The notes beneath the pieces were generated by a model, which worked only from the letters and a program-made list of their open reading frames with translations, did not search any database and was not told where the DNA came from. A stretch of DNA of 63,732 nucleotides, filler included, from Octopus bimaculoides (taxonomy: Eukaryota), in the NCBI RefSeq assembly GCF_001194135.2. It is 7 parts of 7 records of this genome, joined end to end, with 100 filler letters (N's around TTAATTAATTAA, not from the genome) between each part and the next. Parts side by side here need not be neighbours in the genome. Positions count along the whole stretch, not along the records: positions 50,965 to 57,947 come from NC_068983.1; positions 58,048 to 62,083 come from NC_068985.1; positions 62,184 to 63,732 come from NW_026313303.1; 4 more parts are not named here. The stretch is one strand, 5' to 3'. The position numbers and the translations under genes are program-made. Below, one piece after another: positions 54,401 through 63,732 of the stretch. Every line of letters begins with the position of its first letter. Positions within the stretch are counted from its first letter, which is position 1.

Positions 54401-54626
54401 CAGCATTTTCGTAGTAAAAATATATATACAATAGTCCATGTAATACGTATGCGTATATAACGAGGCATGTAGACAAACGTTAGCTTATATGTATGCACCT
54501 TCTCGGTATGCTTTCTGTATGTACGTATTTGTGTGCGTATTCATGTCTATAAGCGTATGTTTATACATACATGTATTTATATATGCACATACATGCATAT
54601 ACATACATACACACACACACACACAA

Positions 54627-54678
<52 letters not shown>

Positions 54679-54845
54679 ATGCGTGTATATTTGTATACCA
54701 ATACACGCATACCGACTAGCTCATACCCACACACTTATGCAGAGAGGGAGAGATAGATAGATAGATAGATAGATAGAGAGAGATAGAGATAGAGAGAGAG
54801 AGAGATAGAAAGAAAGAGAGATATATAGATAGATAGAGAGCGAGC

Positions 54846-54901
<56 letters not shown>

Positions 54902-55339
54902 AAGAGAGAGATGGCGGGTGGGGGGGGGAAATGGAAAGAGTGAAAAATTGTCAGAAAGACTGGCGGAGAGAAATGTAGGATTATATGAACTGATTTAGCG
55001 ATATACATCCTTTAATTATATGTCTGCTGATGTTGTGCCGTTGAACAAGTTAACATTCTTGAAGGTATGTTGGATTAAATTATATTTGCAAACCTCGTGA
55101 GCCAGTTCTCTATGCTATGATAGGTACGTAGCCTTAGTCAATTGAATTATAGTAACAAACTTAAGTGTTCCTCACCGAACAACTTGTTATTCAGCTGAAC
55201 GTCCGTATAAAGTGTAAAGCTCATACATGTTATGGTTTCTGTTTAGCTGATAATTTGCAGTGTTCAATGCAATGCATAGATGCATTATGCATACATACAT
55301 GCTCTCTGTCTATCTGTATGTCTCTGTCTCTCTGTCTTT

Positions 55340-55825
55340 CTCTTCATATATATATCTTCGCTGGAATATGGTGGGGATTCGCTCCTCTGCTTGTAATATA
55401 TATCGGGTGCAGATTGCATCGATAACTAGCTGGAAGAGGCGTCCTCCTGGGGTTAAAAACAGTAGTAACGTTGTGTTCCTAAGGAACGGCCATATTGAAG
55501 TGGCGACAAACGTTACCTCTCTGTATAGTTACTACTTTCATCGCTTATAGAGATTTTCTTCTAACTAGCTACCTAGCTTGTTGCAAGATCAGTGACTGGT
55601 TGTCATTTTTTTAAAATACATATTACGGGCTGGAGCGGACTACTGTTATCTCTAGCGGACGGCTGTCCACTACTGAGATAATCAGAAACAACTCGAAACC
55701 GGACTGTCTCGTGGTCCCGTCGTTGACAGAAGATAGTGGGGATTCGCTCCCCTGCTTGCAGTATATATCGGGTGCAGATTGTAACGATAACCACCTGGAA
55801 GAGGCGTCCTCCTGGGATTAAAAGT
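55340..55825 (+). mobile_element. Head-to-tail tandem of the HHR-led repeat (period 365 nt)
   Basis: gtggggattcgctcc at 55371 and 55736; degenerate HHR ccacta-CTGAGAT..ctc-GAAAC-cggact-GTC-tcgtgg at 55667-55714. Confidence 0.7.
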
Positions 55826-56039
55826 TGGTTTAAAAGATATTCATGTCAAAGTTGTTGGCATTCTGAAGATTACAGGATATGTACTATAGCATATTTTCTA
55901 CTGTTATGAGGAGTATTTCTCCTCGAAGTCTCTATTTAGGTAGGTGAGTCCAGATATAGATGACTCACGTAGACCAGCTGTACAATTAGAATTCCTGTTC
56001 GGTTCTTCACCTAAATTCGTGATGTTATTTCCTTCACTG

Positions 56040-56260
56040 TTAAGGCGATGAGGTGACGGAATCGTTACCCCACCGAGCAAAATGCTTAGCAGCATTTCGA
56101 TTTTTTTATTTAGGTTTTGAGTTCAAATGTTGCCGAACTCGGCTTTGCCTTTCACCCTTTCGAGGTCGGCAAAATAAGTACCAGTTGAGCACTGGGGTTG
56201 ATGTAATCGACTTACACCCTTCCCTAGAATTCTTCGCCTTGAGCCAAAATTTTAGACCAG
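56040..56260 (+). mobile_element. SINE family B
   Basis: gacggaatcgtta..aaatgcttagc..ttgagttcaaat..ctttgcctttcaccctttcgaggtcg. Confidence 0.75.
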
Positions 56261-56481
56261 CATTGCTTTCAATGTTGAATATAAAGGTGATGTACTTATT
56301 TCTTTCTTTACACATCAGAAGGTGTTGTCTACGTGATGGGAAGCGACACTCAATTGCTGTTTAAATTGATTTTATGCATTTGAATCCTTCCCACTGATGG
56401 AGTTACAAAAAGCATAAACAACGTCGCAGGGTAATTGTAACTTGAAATACACTTCAACAATACGCATGTGTATTAAAATGC

Positions 56482-56512
<31 letters not shown>

Positions 56513-56589
56513 TGTATGTATGTATGTATGTATGTATATGTATGTATGGATGTATGTATATATGTATGTATGTATATATATATTGATTT

Positions 56590-56785
56590 CAAATTTTGGT
56601 ACAAGGCCTGCAATTTAGAGGTAGTGGGTATGGTATTTACATCGACTCAAGTGCTCAAACGGTACTTACTTAATACATCTCGAAAGGATGAAAGGCAAAG
56701 TCGATCTGGCAGAATTGGAACTCAGACGGACGAAATGCCGCTAAACATTTTGCCCGGCGTACTAACGATTCTGTCTGCTCCCCGG
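56590..56785 (-). mobile_element. SINE family B
   Basis: aaggatgaaaggcaaagtcga..ggaactcagacg..cccggcgtactaacgattctg. Confidence 0.75.
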
Positions 56786-56965
56786 CTATATATCTATACA
56801 TATTAATGTTTCTTTTCTTTTGACTGCGACGATGGCTTAGCTGGCCAACACTTCGAAGTCACTGACACTAAAATTCTTGATTAAAATTAATATATATATA
56901 TATATAAGATGAATAAAGAATAGAATATAAATATATATATATGCATATGTATATATATATGTGTG

Positions 56966-57012
<47 letters not shown>

Positions 57013-57053
57013 ATACATATATATNNNNNNNNNNTATATATATATATACACAG

Positions 57054-57106
<53 letters not shown>

Positions 57107-57903
57107 TATATATAGACATTGGTACATGTGTATGGTTATACATCTTAATGTATATTTTGGGTTTAAATCTAAAAATATTTTATATAACAAAACAACTGAT
57201 TCTGCGCACTTAACATATATTTCTATAATTTAATTTAAAAAAAAAATCTTGTTTAACTGTTTTTCTCCCGAGAATTATTATGAGATACACAATTTCAGTT
57301 CAATCTCATCAAAATCAAATTTTTTAAGACTATTAATGAGATTAAAACATATTATTATATCTTTCCTGCACACCCGTGTAACATTATTTCCATTTGATCA
57401 AACCTTGTTTATTTCACTATTATGTCACAATCTTGTGCATACGAATACCCTCATACATACATGAACACACACGCATCCACACATATATATATGTACACAC
57501 ACACATACATATATACATGTATATAGTCAAACACTGAGTGTATATTTATGTTTGTGTTTATATACGTTACCCATAGAAATAAATATTTGTACAGATATAT
57601 ACTCCTATATAGAAACACAACTCTGTGTACATGAACCCACTTGTTTCCATATATAGGCACGTGTTTGTATATGATCGAATATTTATTTATATATCTATAT
57701 TATATTATTATTACTTCATTTAAAGTTTTCGTAGGGTCAATTATCTATTTCAGATATTTCTGAATTAATTAGAAGTATGTTCTAAGGTAATTGAGTGCTC
57801 GAAAACAGAAATAGGTTTAGTTGAATATATATATTAATGTGTGCGTATACATACACGCGCAAATGTGTGTGTGTGTGTATTTATATATATATATATATAC
57901 ATT

Positions 57904-57947
<44 letters not shown>

Positions 57948-58067
57948 NNNNNNNNNNNNNNNNNNNNNNNNNNNNNNNNNNNNNNNNNNNNTTAATTAAT
58001 TAANNNNNNNNNNNNNNNNNNNNNNNNNNNNNNNNNNNNNNNNNNNNATATATATATATATACATAT

Positions 58068-58229
58068 ATACGACGGGCTTCTTTCAGTTTCCGTCTACCA
58101 AATCCACTCACAAGGCTTTGGTCGGCTCGAGGCTATAGTAGAAGATACTTGCCCAAGGTGCCATGCAGTGGGACTGAACCCAGAACAATGTGGTTCGTAA
58201 GCAAGCTACTTACCACACAGTCACTCCTA
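58068..58229 (-). mobile_element. SINE family A, 5' half
   Basis: Near-identical to 6430-6592; another head fragment at 61890-61990. Confidence 0.85.
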
Positions 58230-58656
58230 CGCCTTAGTTCACTTGTAAGATTAAAAATCGAATCTCTGTTTTGTTTCGTTAATTGCATGGCCTTAGAAGA
58301 GCTTTCTGGAGTTATTATTTTACTTGACCAACCACCGATGTTTCTGAACTGTCTGCTCAATTTTCTGTGATGTGTTGGTGGCTGCTATCATCTGAAAAAC
58401 CAAAACAAACCCTGATGTCTTAACATCCCGACACTGGACCATCCCGTGGAGTTACATCTTTACCAAGTCACATCTGTTGTATAAGTTTCATACATAACGA
58501 CATAGTTACATAATGAATGTAGAATAGATTTACATATATTGTATTAAAACTAATGAAATATTTCGGGTAATACAAGAGAAATGAATTTAAAATTGTTTGG
58601 TTTGTGTTACAGCGTCTTTTTTTTTTCTTTTGTGCTCGCTCCTCCTAACTTTTGAA

Positions 58657-58850
58657 CAGTGGTTCTCATCCAGAGCCCATATAAGATTTTTGGAGGATCA
58701 CGCAACAAAATAGTAAATTGAGGACAATAGTTCTTTTCTTTAAAAAATGATTTAGATGTATGTATTGGTATGTATTGCAAGAAACAGCTAAGTTTCTTTC
58801 TTCAACATTTTACATAGTTCAACCTACACAAGTTGATGTGTGAAAAAAAC
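58657..58850 (+). mobile_element. hAT-like MITE fragment
   Basis: cagtggttctca terminus; homologous to 61329-61560. Confidence 0.55.
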
Positions 58851-59461
58851 AAAATAGGAATTTATAAGGAAGCTTTTATAAAACTAGTTTTTAAAATCGA
58901 ATGGTTATAGCGGAGGTCCATCAGAATAAAATAGTAATCNNNNNNNNNNNNNNNNNNNNNNNNNNNNNNNNNNNNNNNNNNNNNNNNNNNNNNNNNNNNN
59001 NNNNNNNNNNNNNNNNNNNNNNNNNNNNNNNNNNNNNNNNNNNNNNNNNNNNNNNNNNNNNNNNNNNNNNNNNNNNNNNNNNNNNNNNNNNNNNNNNNNN
59101 NNNNNNNNNNNNNNNNNNNNNNNNNNNNNNNNNNNNNNNNNNNNNNNNNNNNNNNNNNNNNNNNNNNNNNNNNNNNNNNNNNNNNNNNNNNNNNNNNNNN
59201 NNNNNNNNNNNNNNNNNNNNNNNNNNNNNNNNNNNNNNNNNNNNNNNNNNNNNNNNNNNNNNNNNNNNNNNNNNNNNNNNNNNNNNNNNNNNNNNNNNNN
59301 NNNNNNNNNNNNNNNNNNNNNNNNNNNNNNNNNNNNNNNNNNNNNNNNNNNNNNNNNNNNNNNNNNNNNNNNNNNNNNNNNNNNNNNNNNNNNNNNNNNN
59401 NNNNNNNNNNNNNNNNNNNNNNNNNNNNNNNNNNNNNNNNNNNNNNNNNNNNNNNNNNNNN

Positions 59462-59548
59462 TAACCCTAAACACGTATTCATTTGCACACGCGGGTTAGG
59501 GTTAGGGTTAGGGACAGGGTTAGGGTTAGGGATAGGGTTAGGGTTAGG
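59462..59548. repeat. Interstitial telomere-like repeats (taaccctaa..; ~9 imperfect TTAGGG)
   Basis: Direct; TTAGGG array 59494-59548. Confidence 0.85.
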
Positions 59549-60183
59549 ATCGACCACTCAAGACTAGCTAGCGCGGACGCGCGACTGCGCGTTCGGGTCC
59601 GCGCTGCTTTAGTAGTACCGATACATTTTACTTTAAATGGGGGGAAGCCTTTGAACAGGGATCACCTGGGGCGAAACTACAACGAAATCAAGACATTGAC
59701 TGCTTGTTTAGCCCGACCACACACGCACACACGAGCACATATAGGTAGATATATATATACATGCACATACACACACACTGTGTGTGAGTCTCACATAGTC
59801 AGCAATGGATGACAAGCATATAATAACATCGGAATCTTCAATGGTGGTGCCTACATGTACGAGATGATTATACACCAACAGCATTTTGGTGATTCTTATG
59901 ATCAAGACGTCCACACACAAAATGTGGAAAATATGTAAATGCCTGTGAAACGGAAGTTGAGATGACATTTTGGGATTTTGGACGAATTGTGTTTCATATC
60001 TGTATGAGTTTCTCTGGCGTAATTCCATTGAGGGAAAGAAGATATTTGTTCACTTTCTGGCGGCCTGTCTTTATGCTGCATAAAAGGTAAGATGCTTTTA
60101 CTCTCTCTTTTATCTCTCCTTAATTTTTATTTACTTTTATTATATAACTAACAATTACCTGTGTGTGTGTGTGTGTATATATA

Positions 60184-60310
60184 CAGGGTGTCCACAAGGT
60201 CTGGGTACACGGAGTAAATAAAATCATAACATAAACAATTAAATATAAGAAACAATAATTTCTTAAAGTATATGTTAATCCCCATGTACCCAGACTTTGT
60301 GGACACCCTG
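60184..60310. mobile_element. Complete 127-bp Tc1/mariner MITE with TA TSD
   Basis: ta|cagggtgtccacaaggtctgggtacacgg..ccatgtacccagactttgtggacaccctg|ta. Confidence 0.9.
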
Positions 60311-60337
60311 TATATTGCTTAAGCATTTTCTCGCACC

Positions 60338-60385
60338 GTCTCTGATGAAGGGATATATAAAATATCCTGGAAATATCTGTAAGAC
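60338..60385 (+). ncRNA. Hammerhead motif, intact CUGAUGA, decayed stem III
   Basis: gtct-CTGATGA-a-gggatat/ataaa/atatcct-g-GAAA-tatct-GTA-agac; same stem I as the 52880 motif. Confidence 0.7.
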
Positions 60386-60761
60386 CTTCACTTTATAAAT
60401 GTTCTGAAATCTTTCATAGCCTTGGACTTTTTTTTTTATCTCATTCTGTTAATCTTTTTATATATATGCATGCTGATATATATAACCTACGTTGAACTCT
60501 TCATTCGTATCATTATTGAACTTGGAGCTTAACCATAGTCAGTCCATAGCACTTACTCAGCATTACTTGACCGCGCTCTTATATTCGGTCTAAAACTACT
60601 TAACATAGTGAATCCCCTACAAAATTTATTAATCTCTTACAGTTACACCCAAATGAAAAGAAAAGAACATCATTGGCGTTAATGATAATTCTTGTCAAAA
60701 GTAACAAGTACGAAATTCAAACATTATTTTCCCGTTTGTTGGAAATCATTTGGACGAAGGT

Positions 60762-61086
60762 AAAGAATACGCACACTCGGTGCTTAGGGTTAGGGTAACG
60801 CCGATATATGGTACTGTTTTCATGTTATATAAAATAATATGTTTAGTTTAATTATTGAAAGAAGTCGAAGATAAAAAGAGGAAAGCAAGACGTGGTAGTG
60901 ATGATGGCGAAAGTTAAGAAATACGTACACTCGGTGTTTAGGGTTAGGATTAAGGTTTTTGTTATGCCGAAAACGTGTGGTGTACGTATTCTTTACCTCC
61001 GCTAAGAAGACGTACACCAGGTGTTTAGAGGTTAGGGTTTTTGTTATTCCGAAAACAGGTGGTGTACGTATTTTTTACCTCTTCCT
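60762..61086. repeat. ~88-bp hairpin units enclosing TTAGGG repeats (two tandem + one partial)
   Basis: aagaaatacgtacac / gtgtacgtattctt IRs at 60916-60930/60980-60993 and 61004-61017/61062-61075. Confidence 0.7.
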
Positions 61087-61328
61087 GAAAACCATACATA
61101 TATTTTATATAAGATGAAAGCAATCCTATTTACTGGAAAACATAACATTGCACGAAATGAAATTTGTGAATAGTTTTTCTCGATCTCGAAATTTATTTCG
61201 CCACACATACTCATGAAGATATGATGTAAATAAATCACTACTAGTTCCATATTGTCACCAAAGTTACTTCTTGGAGAGTATCCATCGCCCTTCCATCGTC
61301 TGTTTATGGATGCTGTCAGTGTTTAGAT

Positions 61329-61560
61329 AAATGGTTCTCAACCAAGGTCCTAGTGATCCCTGGGAATCCATATAAAATTTTGGAGGCTCCGTGTAAGTAA
61401 AATAGTAGATTAGGTGTCCATGTAATACTTAGGGATCCAGATGTATTTATTGTACAAAACAACTAAGTTCCTTTCTCAATGCTTTACGCAGTTCATCATG
61501 TCTCCGGACACTAAAACGTGTCCTCTCATAGTGTTGTTGCAAACCTACACAAGTGAAGGA
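61329..61560 (+). mobile_element. hAT-like MITE fragment
   Basis: tggttctcaacc terminus; homologous to 58657-58850. Confidence 0.55.
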
Positions 61561-63325
61561 AGGAGAAACATTTATAACCACTAGCATAGACGGGGTGGGT
61601 AGGGGCGGTCCGACCTGGGCGGCACTTTTAGGTCTGCTGTGGGCAATATGTGTTTTTTTGTGGGGTCCGGGGGCGACAAACGGAAGGGCGACCCCGGGCG
61701 CGAAATTTTTTTCCCACGAGTGTTCCAGACCCCAGTTATGAACTCATTTGCATACAGCCAATCAGAGCTCGACTATCAAACTAATTTATGAGCACATAAC
61801 AAGTGATTGGTGATAAGATAAGGTCACTTGGGTAAGGAATGACCATGCTTCTTTTCTCTTTTAATAATGCTTGTTATTCTTGTTTCAACCATGGCTATAG
61901 TAGAAGACACTTGCCCAAGGTGCCACGCAGTGGGACTGAACCCGGAACCATGTGCTTCGTAAGCAAGCTACTTGCCACACAGCCACTCCTTTCAGTATGA
62001 ATTTTTAAGAAATTATCTTAAAATTACAAATTATGCTCCGGTTCAACGATCGATTTGATAAGCACCAGCATATTGGGTGGGAANNNNNNNNNNNNNNNNN
62101 NNNNNNNNNNNNNNNNNNNNNNNNNNNTTAATTAATTAANNNNNNNNNNNNNNNNNNNNNNNNNNNNNNNNNNNNNNNNNNNNCGATTTGCTCGACTAAA
62201 AGGCGGTGCTCCAGCATGGCCGCATTCAAATGATTGAAACAAGTAAGATAGTAAAATAGTATATGAATATTTCTTGTAGTCCTTATAATATTTAGTATAT
62301 ATCATGATATTACGTCCTTTCGAACTTATATGCACATAAAATCATGGAAATATAAAACTATTGGCTTACTCTAATTTATTTTCTTCTGTAAAAGTAAGTA
62401 AAATTCTGATAATTAATTTATTTAATTATATATTATTACCATTTTTATGTAAGGAATTGTATAGTTCATAATAAACGTAAATGTATACATTTGTTTAACA
62501 TCGGCGTATTTAGAGGAAACTTTTGAATTAATGAATCGTTGATTAAAACCTTTTTTAATGAATTTCGTGTATGAATAAAATATATCCTTATTTATTCTTT
62601 CATAATATTTTATAGAAATTTCAAAAAATATATTTCCTACTCCACCATAAATTCTTAACATATTTTATAGATTTTATTATATAGAATTTATATAATAAAA
62701 ATTGGCAATAATTATTTTAGATTAAAATATCTTTAGAGTAATATTATTAAAGATGCATAAGAACATTTTATGAGCGTTGTAATTGTTTTGTTTATTTCAT
62801 TTATTATATCGATTTGAATTTTTTAAAAATTATATTTATTGTATTTCAAAACTATCAACGCTCACGCTTGTTAACAGAGGTACATTTTAGATCATTCTAT
62901 TTTATGATTTCCTAGTCCTTGCATGAAAATTCAGTCTACTTTTTTAGAAAAATATTACCCTGACGAGATTCATATACATAAATGTGGATTTTTTTTTATT
63001 AATTCACTGGTGTGTATGAATCGAAACAAATTGCGAGATATATATTTGCTTTTATTATTTGTTATATTACATTATATTATATCTTTGTATAGCATAATTG
63101 TACTATATTACAATGTTAATAAATTTATAATATGTCAATCGTATTTCTCTATTTCCTTTATTATTTATATATTGAAATTATACCAGTTTAAGTTTTGATT
63201 TTTTTCTCTACTATATTGTGGTATTAAACTGAAGAACGAATAAAAATTGGACGTTCTCCATCCCTTTAAAGGAAATTGTTTTTTCCTTAGATTGAATAAT
63301 TATAATGATAATAATAATAATAATG

Positions 63326-63398
<73 letters not shown>

Positions 63399-63435
63399 CA
63401 ACAACAACAATAATAATAACACATACACACACATA

Positions 63436-63732
63436 TAGAAATAATACATTTCTAAATCTCTCAGAGAGATTTATGCAGTAGCGATACGATAAGATAGTTG
63501 TATGCTGTCAACTTACTGTGACAGTCCCATGAAGGGAATAGTACTACTTCTATTTAGCCCTAAGAAGCAGTACCGCTTCCTGTCGGCCTTGACACATTTC
63601 CCGTGTCCTTATGTTTACAAGGGGGAGACAAGCAACTCTACATAGTTAAGCCTGCATCCAGAGACTAGTTTCTGAGTCTATTCTCGTCATCAGTCTGGAG
63701 TAGCATGGCTTGCTAGTCGGATATGCCTGTCA
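63436..63732 (-). mobile_element. HHR-bearing short repeat with conserved terminus
   Basis: Terminus shared with 14713 and 35454; HHR at 63657-63699. Confidence 0.7.
63657..63699 (-). ncRNA. Intact minimal type I hammerhead ribozyme
   Basis: Minus strand: tccaga-CTGATGA-c-gag/aataga/ctc-a-GAAAC-ta-GTC-tctgga; perfect 6-bp stem I, ACTAGT palindrome. Confidence 0.8.

Overview
AT-rich, microsatellite-dense eukaryotic DNA with about 10 kb of N gaps. The SINE families and repeat landscape suggest an octopod cephalopod (inference from recalled repeat sequences, not a database search). Six artificial 100-bp joins (N44-TTAATTAATTAA-N44) split the window into seven scaffold pieces whose adjacency is not guaranteed. 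No host protein-coding gene can be supported, and most long ORFs in the track are translated microsatellites. The recognisable content is transposon debris. Retroelements include two distinct Penelope-like elements (PLEs; RT plus C-terminal GIY-YIG), two R4/Dong-like elements tail-to-tail in a (TAA)n array, HERO, L1/Tx1 and RTE fragments, and four tRNA-type SINE families. DNA elements include maT (DD37D) and mariner transposase remnants and several MITEs. The main finding is a dense set of minimal type I hammerhead ribozyme (HHR) motifs, found by eye. There are at least 12 complete or near-complete motifs plus several half-motifs on both strands, with intact cores at 17638, 25779 and 63657. 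Several head short (about 200-370 nt) non-coding repeats that occur as solo copies, an inverted pair and a 365-nt tandem, resembling PLE pseudo-LTRs or retrozymes. Four motifs share a non-canonical CCG core start, and two have CCGUUGA. Element boundaries are approximate; motif coordinates were counted by hand.
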